A stretch of DNA of 63,691 nucleotides, filler included, from Guillardia theta CCMP2712 (Eukaryota > Protista > Cryptophyta): the NCBI RefSeq assembly GCF_000315625.1. It is 5 parts of 4 records of this genome, joined end to end, with 100 filler letters (N's around TTAATTAATTAA, not from the genome) between each part and the next. Parts side by side here need not be neighbours in the genome. Positions count along the whole stretch, not along the records: positions 42,582 to 60,923 come from NW_005434454.1; positions 61,024 to 62,353 come from NW_005434032.1; positions 62,454 to 63,691 come from NW_005434588.1; 2 more parts are not named here. One strand, 5' to 3'. Made by a program: the position numbers and the translations under genes. This document shows, piece after piece, positions 51,292 through 62,577 of the stretch. The notes beneath the pieces were generated by a model. That model was not told where the DNA came from. It worked only from the letters and a program-made list of their open reading frames with translations, and ran no database searches. Each line of letters starts with the position of its first letter. Position 1 is the stretch's first letter.

Positions 51292-52576
51292 ATGCGAATG
51301 CTTTTCGCCGCGACGGAGCGCTGCGCGATGATTCAGGTTGCCCGCGTCGCCCTTCTGTATTCTGCTTTTCACCTCCCAAGATGTACACCGCAGAGAAAAG
51401 CTCTGTCTCTCAGAGCGAGTACAGCACCTGTCAGTGACCAATCGGGCGAACCTGGAAGGCTGTTGGATTCCCTTCGAGAGATAACTCCTCGTGTCATGTT
51501 CATCCAGAGTTGTGTCGCCATGGACTTATCTGCCAACGTCTTGCTTGGTGATGTATCCTGTCTGTCACATTTCGACACCTGACCTACCTTCATTAGCGGC
51601 TGGGGCATCTCCTGTGATGCTCCATGCAGCAGAGGAGGTAGAAGACCTGATGAAGCTCTCTGCCGCTCTCTCCATCAGTGCAGGAGCTGCGTCTTCGCCG
51701 ACTTGGATCAAGGCCATGGAGCTCGCAGCGTCCACAGCCCATGGCAGTGGAAAGCCGTGGGTCCTCGACTCAGAAGGCTGTGGGGAGTCGGCCTATCGCA
51801 GCGAGCTGTGTGCAAGGCTGATGCAGTACCATCCTACCGCCGTCAGGGGAAGCCCTCTGGAGATCATGGCTCTGGTGACCCCTGCTGCTCGCTCCTCTGG
51901 CCCTTACCTCACCATGTGCCTGCAGGCAGACGTCTGCAAGGTGGTGGTGGAGGCAGCTGGAGGAGATGACACTGAAGACTGGGAGGTCAAACTCGAGACA
52001 CAGCGAGCGTTCCCTGCGGCTCTTGCATTGGCGAAGCACTTCAAGTGTGTGACGGCGATATCGAACACTCAAGACAACATTGTCACAGATGGGGCTACCA
52101 AAGCGATCATACAAAGTGGCGGGAAAAAGGGGTACATACGTTTGATTGCGGGTACCGGAACATCCCTGAGCGCGCTAAGGTCAGCAGGCTGCTGATAGTC
52201 TTTTTCGCCTGTTGACAACAGTGCCTGCAGCGCTGCCTACTGCGCGGTCTGCAGCTCGACGATAGATGCGGTCAGCGAAGCATTCTTGCACCTCCATGCT
52301 GCTTCGCAGATCGCCGAGTTCGCTTATGAGGTGCGTGAGATGCTTCAGCTCTGACCACTCTGAGAGCGCCGAAACAGGACTATGAGCAATTATGGTCAAA
52401 AGGCCCAGGCAGTCAGAAACAGCGCCTGCTAGACAAGGTAGCTTGTGTCTTGATCGGATGATAAAGTCTGACGGGTACGGTACAAGATGTACAACATCAA
52501 TTCACATCGAGTCCATGATGTGGTACGTATGGCGACGCTTGTCTGTTTTCAGGTCTGTCAAGATGGTAATGCTTGA
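51292..52576 (+). CDS. thiM: Hydroxyethylthiazole kinase (ThiM)-like protein, divergent, with a putative targeting presequence
   Basis: Exons read SANVLL / AAGASPVM..EEV, GKPWVLD, PTAVRG, IVTDG, IAGTGTSLSAL, KGPGS and LLDK / MYNI. Several active-site motifs are substituted. Confidence 0.8.
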
Positions 52577-53631
52577 CATTGAATCAGGGATTCTGCTCAA
52601 CCTATGATCTGCTGTAAGTCGAGCCGTCATCATACAAAGTTGTATTCGCATAAAACAACGCTAGATGTGTATCTATGCAATGCCATGTCTCGCGCTCGCT
52701 GCAGCCTCCTTCCTATGCCACAATGCCATTGCAGTAAGACCTCCTCTTGACAAGAAATAATGTCAGTCATGTTCTAGACCAGGAGCACGCTGCTGATCCT
52801 CTTGGACGAAGCCGTGGACGTGGCCATTTTAATGATGTCGAAGAGCGAGCTGATGGGGGTGAGGATCCATCAGCCTCCACTGTGCGTACAGGCAAGCAGA
52901 TAGATGGTGGCTTGATGCCCCTGTCAAGCAGCAGGAGCGCCAGCTCTTGCATGATTATTCTCGCAAGCTCCATCTCACCAGGTGTAGCCTCTTGTGTCTG
53001 GCGCATGTCACGTCACCTCTGGGGAAGCACACCAGAGCAAGAGGCTCACATGGACTCTCCTCCTCAATCTCTTGCTTCGCCCTTGTAGAGCATCGAGCGG
53101 AGAGCTGCTCGTGATGCCACATGAACCAACATCTTTGGGCAGAAGAAGTCTTAGTCAAATGAACCTGCAGATTGGCTCGAAATCTTTTATCCTACATTTC
53201 ATATGCTTCCATCACTCAGTGATGCTATCAGGTCAAAGGGGAGACAAGCAATGCTCTTACACCTGCCACTGGTGAAGTTGATGATAGAGGGATCAAACTC
53301 ATAGTACTTATCGCAAATGCTCTTGCACTCCTCAATGGTTGGCAACATCACCCTCTGTAGAAAGATCTCTGTTCATCAGACATAAACGACCACAGACGAG
53401 CGAATGTTGTTCAAATCCTCAACACACATAACATACACTTACGGAGCTGCACACCCTTCTCGTCCTCGAACAGGAAAAGACACTGGGGTCGTTTCAGATC
53501 TATGGGGTCCTTGCTTGCAGCTTCGATGAGAGACTCCAAAGCCCGCGGTCCTCCCTGAAACAGCCTAAGCATCGAGCTGTGCGGCATCGTCGGGTGCGAC
53601 ATGCAAGCCTCCGAGAGCAGAAAAGTCATCT

Positions 53632-54702
53632 TCAACATCGACCACCATCATTCCTCTTGCGCTTGCTCTTGAAAGACACTCTGGTGTCATCCGAGGGAGG
53701 GTTCAACAGCTCATCATCCGTAAACATGTGGGATTGATCCAGTATCAGCCACCTGAGAGCGTCAGAGTTTGCGCGACGGGTGCGCGGAACCTTGGCTTGA
53801 TTCGACACGTACCGCATGACGTCAGCAAAGGTCCCACCATTGACCAACAGCTTGAGTGCACTGTTGTAGTGCTTGTAGTGCTGGCCAATGAGCCCAGGGA
53901 TGTTGCTGTCCATTTCGGAATAGCCGATGCATGTCATACCGGGCCAGATGATCACATCTTTCGGGTTGTTGACAATCTTGTCGTCACTGAGCGTACATGC
54001 AACACAGCCACGAGAAATGGGGTTGTAGACCAAGTGATGGCTTCCAACCATGATGTTGTCCTTCATCTTGTACTTACGTGCAAATCCACCAAGATACCTG
54101 AAGATCTGACAGAACCTCGTCTCACGAACACACTTGCAGCACATGTAGACACATGCGATGCTAGTGAGCTTGTTGGATGCATCAGTATCCTGCTCCATCA
54201 ACTTCATCCTCTCTTGCATCTTGAAGTAGTCCACGGCAGAAATAAGAAGCGAGCTTGCACACGTCTCAGTGCAAGGCGTGCCATCATCCTTCCTCGGGCA
54301 CTTGAGGCAGTTCATAGGGGCAGAGCACCAAGCACAAGAAATGCTCGTACACTTGATGGAGGGCATCAGAAGCTGCGTTGGCCAGGTGGTTTCGCAACCA
54401 CTTCCTGCGGCCGGGGTCCACATTACCTCCTCACGTTGTAGAGACCTGCGGAGGCTCTGGTGGCTGTCTCTCATAACTGTCCCCATCTCGATGATGGCAG
54501 GCTGAATACCGGCCGCCAGAGGCTTGGGGATTGTACACTGTAAAACATTACATCTTTCCTTCCATGATGGAATGACCAGTCCACTCCGATAACACTGAGT
54601 GGAAACTGGTGGTTTCCACAGGCGCAGAGCCACTGGAATGGGTTGCTCTGCCTTGTCGGGATCGGAGTACATGACCTCGTTCAAATTGAGAGTGCCAGAC
54701 AT
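53632..54702 (-). CDS. Cys-rich hypothetical protein, copy A (356 aa, uninterrupted ORF)
   Basis: The long ORF carries CAWC, CLKC, CTETC, CCKC and CVAC motifs and a basic KSKRKR near the end. Confidence 0.6.
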   Translation of the reverse strand: MSGTLNLNEVMYSDPDKAEQPIPVALRLWKPPVSTQCYRSGLVIPSWKERCNVLQCTIPKPLAAGIQPAIIEMGTVMRDSHQSLRRSLQREEVMWTPAAGSGCETTWPTQLLMPSIKCTSISCAWCSAPMNCLKCPRKDDGTPCTETCASSLLISAVDYFKMQERMKLMEQDTDASNKLTSIACVYMCCKCVRETRFCQIFRYLGGFARKYKMKDNIMVGSHHLVYNPISRGCVACTLSDDKIVNNPKDVIIWPGMTCIGYSEMDSNIPGLIGQHYKHYNSALKLLVNGGTFADVMRYVSNQAKVPRTRRANSDALRWLILDQSHMFTDDELLNPPSDDTRVSFKSKRKRNDGGRC

Positions 54703-54846
54703 CTCTAGACTGCAACAAGATGCCGATTGAAATGTCGACCCTTATATCTACACGAAAGGCGTTGACCTCTCCTTGCAGCCACAGCCCGGTGGCGAGTGAG
54801 TCACGAGTCGAGCTGGGAACTTGAAATAATAGGGACACAGGGGAAT

Positions 54847-55050
54847 CTGACATCTGCTGATAAAATGCCAGGAACTTACTCTGAATTCTGCTAGTAAAAT
54901 GCCAGTAACTTACTCTGAAATCTGCTAATAAAATGCCAGGAACTTACTCTGAAATCTGCCAGTAAAATGCCAGTAACTTACTCTGAAATCTGCCAGTAAA
55001 ATGCCAGTAACTTACTCTGAAATCTGCCAGTAAAATGCCAGCAACTTACT
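54847..55050. repeat. Six tandem 34-bp units upstream of the Cys-rich ORF
   Basis: ctgaaatctgccagtaaaatgccagtaacttact occurs six times. About 2.6 units also lie at 56650-56739. Confidence 0.92.
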
Positions 55051-55420
55051 AGCACATTTCATGGTGATGTCTCGGTCACGTATCCGGACAGAAAAGGGGG
55101 TAGGGGTCACCAAGGGGGTAGGGGTCAACCCCTTCACTGACAACATTCTTGCCAGCCCCAGTGGTAAGGAGGAGAGGTGATGGGGGGTGGGGTGGTTTTG
55201 GGGGTCAGGACGACGGAGGGGAAGGATTCTAGATTTGTCTTTGCGAGCAAGTTTACTTAGAACGCCCAAGCTTGAGGACCCCAGTGGTAAGGAGGAGAGG
55301 TGATGGGGGGTGGGGTGGTTTTGGGGGTCAGGACGTCTTCACCCTGAAACAGCCTAAGCATCGAGCTGTGCGGCATCGTCGGGTGCGACATGCAAGCCTC
55401 CGAGAGCAGAAAAGTCATCT

Positions 55421-56509
55421 TCAACATCGACGACCATCATTCCTCTTGCGCTTGCTCTTGAAAGACACTCTGGTGTCATCCGAGGGAGGGTTCAACAGCT
55501 CATCATCCGTAAACATGTGGGATTGATCCAGTATCAGCCACCTGAGAGCGTCAGAGTGTGCGCGACGGGTGCGCGGAACCTTGGCTTGATTCGACACGTA
55601 CCGCATGACGTCAGCAAAGGTCCCACCATTGACCAACAGCTTGAGTGCACTGTTGTAGTGCTTGTAGTGCTGGCCAATGAGCCCAGGGATGTTGCTGTCC
55701 ATTTCGGAATAGCCGATGCATGTCATACCGGGCCAGATGATCACATCTTTCGGGTTGTTGACAATCTTGTCGTCACTGAGCGTACATGCAACACAGCCAC
55801 GAGAAATGGGGTTGTAGACCAAGTGATGGCTTCCAACCATGATGTTGTCCTTCATCTTGTACTTACGTGCAAATCCACCAAGATACCTGAAGATCTGACA
55901 AAACCTCGTCTCACGAACACACTTGCAGCACATGTAGACACATGCGATGCTAGTGAGCTTGTTGGATGCATCAGTATCCTGCTCCATCAACTTCATCCTC
56001 TCTTGCATCTTGAAGTAGTCCACGGCAGAAATAAGAAGCGAGCTTGCACACGTCTCAGTGCAAGGCGTGCCATCATCCTTCCTCGGGCACTTGAGGCAGT
56101 TCATAGGGGCAGAGCACCAAGCACAAGAAATGCTCGTACACTTGCCACTGGTGAAGTTGATGATGGAGGGCATCAGAAGCTGCGTTGGCCAGGTGGTTTC
56201 GCAACCACTTCCTGCGGCCGGGGTCCACATTACCTCCTCACGTTGTAGAGACCTGCGGAGGCTCTGGTGGCTGTCTCTCATAACTGTCCCCATCTCGATG
56301 ATGGCAGGCTGAATACCGGCCGCCAGAGGCTTGGGGATTGTACACTGTAAAACATTACATCTTTCCTTCCATGATGGAATGACGAGTCCACTCCGATAAC
56401 ACTGAGTGGAAACTGGTGGTTTCCACAGGCGCAGAGCCACTGGAATGGGTTGCTCTGCCTTGTCGGGATCGGAGTACATGACCTCGTTCAAATTGAGAGT
56501 GCCAGACAT
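55421..56509 (-). CDS. Cys-rich hypothetical protein, copy B (362 aa)
   Basis: It is nearly identical to copy A, with an extra INFTSG and two amino-acid differences. Confidence 0.6.
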   Translation of the reverse strand: MSGTLNLNEVMYSDPDKAEQPIPVALRLWKPPVSTQCYRSGLVIPSWKERCNVLQCTIPKPLAAGIQPAIIEMGTVMRDSHQSLRRSLQREEVMWTPAAGSGCETTWPTQLLMPSIINFTSGKCTSISCAWCSAPMNCLKCPRKDDGTPCTETCASSLLISAVDYFKMQERMKLMEQDTDASNKLTSIACVYMCCKCVRETRFCQIFRYLGGFARKYKMKDNIMVGSHHLVYNPISRGCVACTLSDDKIVNNPKDVIIWPGMTCIGYSEMDSNIPGLIGQHYKHYNSALKLLVNGGTFADVMRYVSNQAKVPRTRRAHSDALRWLILDQSHMFTDDELLNPPSDDTRVSFKSKRKRNDGRRC

Positions 56510-57559
56510 CTCTAGACTGCAACAAGATGCCGATTGAAATGTCGACCTTTATCTACACGAAAGGCGTTGACCTCTCCTTGCAGCCACAGCCGTGGCGAGT
56601 GAGTCACGAGTCGAGCTGGGAACTTGAAATAATAGGGACACAGGGGAATCTGAAATCTGCTAATAAAATGCCAGCAACTTGCTCTGATTGTGCCAGTAAC
56701 TTACTCTGAAATCTGCCAGTAAAATGCCAGTAACTTACTAGCACATTTCATGGTGATGTCTCGGCAAACAAGTCAGAATCTGAATGGTGCTGGCAAAGTA
56801 GGCGACCTCCGATGTTGGTCACGTTTGAAGCAAAGCATGGCTACCTGTCATACCCGGAGTTGCATCAACCCTCACATTCACTCGGAGGCTACGATCGGTC
56901 TCCTGAGCGGCGGCCGTTAAACTTGCGCCAAACGACGGCGGCGGCTACTAGGCTATGTTCACGGTTTCATGAGGCCCTGAATGTCAGGAGCGTTCAAGGC
57001 AAGTTCACGCGTCCCTCGGTATAACGCGACGGTACGAGGAGCGGCTTGCCTCTGATGGACCACTCGGATCACTCAGTCCGATCATCGGATCGTCATCCGA
57101 TCACGGTGCCACCGGCGTGCCACGGTGTTTTGAAACGGAAACGAAAAACGTAACGGAAGCTAGAAACGTATGTAACGGAATACAATCGACGGACGGTTAC
57201 GAAAATTACGAGCACATCAACCCCCTACCCCCCTGTCCTGCTTTCATGTTCCCACCTGCCCGATGAGGACCCCCAACTGAGAATTCCACCCCTCTTTCTT
57301 CCAGAATTTCTGAAGGCCTCGTGGAATGCCATGATCACCGGTCTGTTCCATAGTAAATTTAGTGGTCCTACGGTATAATTTTCGCTTTTTACCGGTCCTA
57401 TTCCCAGGTCTCGGTCTACCCCACCCCCATGGATACTCTGATCCAACCATTCTTGTAGGAACACCCCTACACTCCCTACCCCACCCAGTAAAACGATCCT
57501 CTCTTCGCTTTTCTCTAAGCTTTCGATCGTAATGACGGAACGGTGAGAATCTTGTTTCT

Positions 57560-57795
57560 TTCTCATCACGAGCATCATCAGCATCAGCATCAGCATCAGC
57601 ATCAGCATCAGCATCAGCATCAGCATCATCTCCATCATCTCCATCATCATCATCATCATCATCGTCGTCGTCGTCATCATCATCATCATCATCATCGTCG
57701 TCGTCATCGTCATCCTCCTCCTCCTCCTCCTCATCATCATCATCACCACCACCACCACCACCACCACCACCACCACCAGCAGCATCATCAGCACT
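57560..57795. repeat. Compound microsatellite (CATCAG/CAT/CGT/CCT/CAC)
   Basis: The array is directly visible. Confidence 0.95.
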
Positions 57796-58494
57796 ATCCC
57801 GTCACCACCAGCACTACCATCCGTATCCGCACCTTTGTCTTAGTTTCCTTCTCCGTCTCCGTCTCCGTCTCTATCTCCGTCGTCTCCTCTTTCTCCTCCC
57901 TTTTTCATTCGTTTGATATCCCTCCTAATGTCTCTACCACAAACTGGTCCTTGATATGCTCCTCCTGCTCCTCCTGCTCCTCCTGCTCCTCCTGTCTATG
58001 CGTCCCATCGGCCTCGTAATCCTGATCTTAAGCTTGATTCCGATTCTGCTTCCCGTTCTCCTGCTACTGATCATCCATCTCATTCTGCCCCTGATCCTGC
58101 TTCTGAGCAGTTCGATTCTGGTGCTGATCCTCATGACACTTTCTTTCCCTCAATTCAATCTTCATGCTGCATCTCGACCTATCTCGTTCTATCTGTTCCT
58201 CTCTGTCACACACTGCTTCAGAATGTCTACTGATCCCTCCTAGTATTTGGCTGCAATTTGTGGTCCTTCATCTCGATCCATCATATATCTTATGCTTCAG
58301 TCCATCACCACGAAACCCACAACAATCACCGTCCACATCGACCCTCCGATATTACCACTTTATTGAACAGTCTCGATATATCCCAAACTTTCCCATCTTC
58401 TACTCCTCTCCACTCCATGTTATCTCTGATTGTGTGGTGCTAATCAGTCATTCCTTTCTTCCGTTGCCCTCGCTGTTATACATCATCTGCTGAT

Positions 58495-60680
58495 CTCACC
58501 ATCAGGAAGAAAGAAGCTGCTGAAAATGCCAAGGAAGCCAAGGCAGAAGCCGAAGTGAAGGAGACAGACAAACCAGCCTCTGAAGAGAAGGCTGAGGAGG
58601 AGAACAGTGCTGCTGGAAAGGCAACAGACAAGAAAGGGAGAATGCGAAGAAAAAAGGAAACACAGAAAAGAAGGAAACTGCAGAGAAGGAAACTGCAGAG
58701 AAGGAAACTGCAGAGGAGAAGGAAATTGCAGAGAAGAAGGAAACTCCTGAGAAGAAAGAAACTCCTGAGAAGAAAGGAGCAGAGAAGAAAGGAGCAGAGA
58801 AGAAAGGAGCAGAGAAGAAAGGAGCAGAGAAGAAGGGGAACACACAGAAGAAGGGAGGTGCGGAGAAAAAGGCCAGCGAAGGGAAGGAGAAGCCGAAATC
58901 CGAAGGTTGTGCACGATCACCTCAAATGGAGAGAGTTGAGTCTGACTATTTGGACTGAAGGGAATCGAAAGAGTGCGCGAGAAAGGAAGCAAGTTGAGCA
59001 CTTGACGGTGGATGGTGGGGAATACGTTTCCCCCGACGATGTTTTGATGGGGACGTTAATGCAGATAATTCACATACTACCCAAAAGAAGCAGGAGGAAG
59101 GTTCCGAACCGAAATCAAAGAAGCAACGAGGCTCGGCAGAAACTTCTAAGGTATGTCCTGTGTTGCCAATGACTTCTCAACGCTCCTGACCATGATATGA
59201 TCTTGCCGCACAGCCACCTGTGCATTTCCTTTCCTGACTGATTCCCTCAGATCTCGAAGGCAGTGAGCGAATGGAAACCTGAGGAGGGTCAGTTTGGAAA
59301 GTTTTTCATCAAGGTTAAACCGTGATGTCCCCAAGACACTGGCTGAGAAGACGTTGCAGGTGTCAAACGAGTGGAGGCATCTGCTAGGATTTCGCGTGTA
59401 TGAGGCAGACAAGAACTCAACAGCACAGGAGAATGTAGCGACATGGCTGGCGTGTATGCGGGAGCTGATCATGGACCACAGGATACAAGATTCAAACTGA
59501 GGGAGTGGTACTGTGCTAAGGAGATTGAGCCCGAGGGGGGGTTCAAGAGCGGGGAGCAACGTAAGGATTCTTGTGAGACTGGGACACAGCAAGGCTGAGA
59601 CGAGGGATTGCAGGATTCCTTCCTTGTGGTCCGCGGTGGAGGTATGAGAACATGCCCAACGACAGTTTCGTCTATGTAGGTTCGATCTAGATGCTCGTTT
59701 GAGCTGACGTCGGCCAGGTTGAAGTTAAGCACTTGTCCGTTGCGTTGGGCAAGTCCACGAGGAAATTCGTTCAGATTGTGAATGAGCAGGGGAAAGTGAA
59801 GGTGGGCACGTGCCTGGGTCGGTGATGCCGTTGATGACTACTGGGTCAGGAAGCGTATGAGAAGCTGCCAGTAGATCCGGAGCTGTTGGCCCAGCAGGAG
59901 GAGGAGGTGAGATCAACTACTGGCTGCGTTAGTTGCTGTGAGGGAGAGGAATCGGAATCGTTGAGGAGGATGTGGAGGCCGTGAAGTACGAAACATGATG
60001 AAGTGCGCACAGGAAAAGAAGAAGAAGGAGAAGGAAGCGTTGAAAGAGCAGAAACAGGTCGGCGCACTGCTTGCCAGCAGGTTGCATCCTTGTTGACACA
60101 GTACGGCAGAAAGAGAAGGAGGCAGCGAAAAAGAGGCGAGGGAGGCCAGGGAAGCAGCTAAGAAGGAGGCCAAGGAGGCGGCGAAGAAGACGAAGAGAGA
60201 GGAAGGGGAAGAGGATGGCGACGAGAAGCCGAAAGCGAAGAAAGCAAAGGCAGGGGGACGCGCGAAGGACAAGAAAGAGAAGGAGGAGAAGGAAGGGGAT
60301 GAATCAGCAGCGAAGGCATCCGAGGAGGAGAAGAAGGAAGAGGAGGCAGCTACAGAAGAGTCCAAGGCAGAGCAGAACGCAGGGAGCGAGGAAAAGGCTG
60401 GAGAGCAGGAGCCGTCAAACGCACTAGGTAAATAAGCGCCTCCCCCCCCCCCCACCCTGGCTTTTTCCCCCCCCCCCCCCCCCCTTCACATGAATCGGTC
60501 GCACCCTCCTCCCTCTGCTCCTCGTCTCCCATCTTCCTTTCTCATCCACCTTCTCTCCAAGCTCCTTCTCCTCCTCGCGTCGCTCCTGACGTGCTAGCAG
60601 ACAACGTCGTCGAGCCTCCTCCCACCGACGAGGCTGCAGCTGCGGCTGAAGCTACCTCATCAGACAAGCCAGCAGCATAA
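58495..60680 (+). CDS. Hypothetical Glu/Lys-rich low-complexity protein (multi-exon, possible frameshifts)
   Basis: It contains EK/AEK-rich exons with 15-nt repeats (EKKGA, EKETA), a globular-looking middle exon (RDVPKTLAEKTLQVSNEWRHLLG) and a last exon ending SSDKPAA*. Confidence 0.4.
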
Positions 60681-61117
60681 AGCTTGTCAGATCTCCGAGC
60701 ACAGGGCCGCGACTTTCTGAAAAGTCGATGTCTTGTCGCCGAGGGGAGTAGTAGAGCAACTTCCCAGCTGAGCTGGGAGGCACCGGGGGGACGTGGAAGG
60801 GAGCTGGGAACAGTTTGCGAAAGTTTGCAGCTCCTCCTTCGCTCCCCCCTGTAACCGTCAACATCTGTAATTGTTTTAAATTAACTATGAACATTACCTG
60901 TTTGCTTCCCCTCCCTCCTCCCTNNNNNNNNNNNNNNNNNNNNNNNNNNNNNNNNNNNNNNNNNNNNTTAATTAATTAANNNNNNNNNNNNNNNNNNNNN
61001 NNNNNNNNNNNNNNNNNNNNNNNTCCTTCCTGCTGTCGACCTCTCTTCCAGTCTCCAGTCTCCTTCTACTTCGCTCCTCCCCTCTCCATCCCTCCCCGCT
61101 TCCTCTTGCTCCATCAA

Positions 61118-62230
61118 CCTTGTTGTGGATTTTCCTCAAGTCCATCGGCCGTTTGATCTCCTTCTGGTACTCCTTGCCCGACACTGGATCCCGGAAATGC
61201 TCGAAATCCTTGATCTGGAGGAGACTGACCGTGGTCTCCCTGAAAAGCAAGAGAGGGTCAATAATCCTCCTCCTCCTCCTCCTCCCCCTCCTCTTTCCAA
61301 GTCCCCGTCCTCCTCCTCTTTCTCCTTCTTTTCTCTTTCCTCCTCGTTCCTCGTCCTGCTCTTCTTCCTGTTTGCTCCACCTCCACCACCACCACCACCA
61401 CCTCCTCCTTTACTTGAAGATCTCGGAGATCTGTATCATGGCCTCAGCCTCCGCGATCTCCTTCTTCCGACTGCGCAGCACACCTTGACAGATCTAACAG
61501 GCGACAGTCAAACGACTACAGAAGGGAAGCAAACTGTCTAACATTCTTGAGCTCCATTACGTCGTGCACCAGCATCATATCCGCTACGTTGTAAGTTTTG
61601 CAGTTCTCAACCCTGGTGATACACCAGTCACGATCTCAAGTTTGCAACCAGCTCCAGCAGTACATGAGATCGACGTCCGCCATGTATTCATCTTTAGATT
61701 TGTACAAGCTCTCATCAATCCTGCGCAATGTGTCACCAAATACTTGCATCGCATCTCCAATATTCTTGCTGTACCTCGTCCTGATGATGTTGAGGTCAAT
61801 CGGCTTCTTGATCACTTTTCTGTAGTTGGGGTTCGTTTTCGTGTCCACAGGCGACCTGTCGAGAAAATCAGATGGATGAAAGTTGAGGAGAGGAAGAGAG
61901 GAAAGAGGAAGAGAGAAGTCGTGGGAAGGGATCAGGAGAGAGAAAGCAGAGTGGGTGGGATCGGAACAGACCTCAGGAGAGCAGAGGAAAAGTACAGGGG
62001 AGAAAGAGCAGCAAGCTTCACACAGATACGAATGGAAGGAGGGAGGATAACACGCGAGGAGGAGAAGGAGGAGGAAGGGATAATGACGTCAGGGCATGCA
62101 GCGACCTGAAGGGAAGTGACTTGGGGTTGCTCTTCATGGCCTCGTTGGCAGTCTGGAAGATGCTGTTGAGGAAGGAGAGCGGGTCCTGTCGCCTCCTCTT
62201 GATACCCCTCACGCACTTCGCCTGCTCCAC
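61118..62230 (-). CDS. TAF1: TAF1-like tandem bromodomain region (partial, between gaps)
   Basis: KRRRQDPLSFLNSIF...KSLPF / SPVDTKTNPNYRKVIKKPIDLNIIRTR / IDESLYKSKDEYMADVDLM / ENCKTYN parallels TAF1 bromodomain 1 (RRRTDP...YPF..PV). A second bromodomain begins with FRDPVSGKEYQKEIKRPMDLRKI. Confidence 0.7.
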
Positions 62231-62577
62231 AGATCACGAGGGGTGAGGCGAGCATGAGAAGGAGAGGGAGAGGGAGAGGGAGAGGGAGAGGGAGAGGGAG
62301 AGGGAGAGGAAGAGGGGAGAGGGAGAGGGAGAGGGAGAGGGAGAGGGAGAGGGNNNNNNNNNNNNNNNNNNNNNNNNNNNNNNNNNNNNNNNNNNNNTTA
62401 ATTAATTAANNNNNNNNNNNNNNNNNNNNNNNNNNNNNNNNNNNNNNNNNNNNATGATGACGATGACGATGACGATGATGATGATGACGAGGAGGAGGAG
62501 GAGGAGGAGGAGGAGGAGGAGGAGGCAATGATGATTGTAACAAAAACGATGAAAATGACTAGAGATTACAACTTTGA

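Larger units (their letters stand above)
53552..56764. repeat. Recent tandem segmental duplication (about 1.4-1.5 kb units)
   Basis: About 53552-55075 and 55341-56764 are nearly identical. The spacer contains a direct repeat of about 57 bp (55156-55212, 55279-55335). Confidence 0.92.

Noticed and set aside
53728-54441. Plus-strand 237/243-aa ORFs within the duplicated unit
   Set aside because: They are antisense shadows of the longer Cys-rich ORF.
57225-58243. Poly-His, poly-Met and poly-Leu ORFs
   Set aside because: They are microsatellite-derived open frames with no domain evidence.
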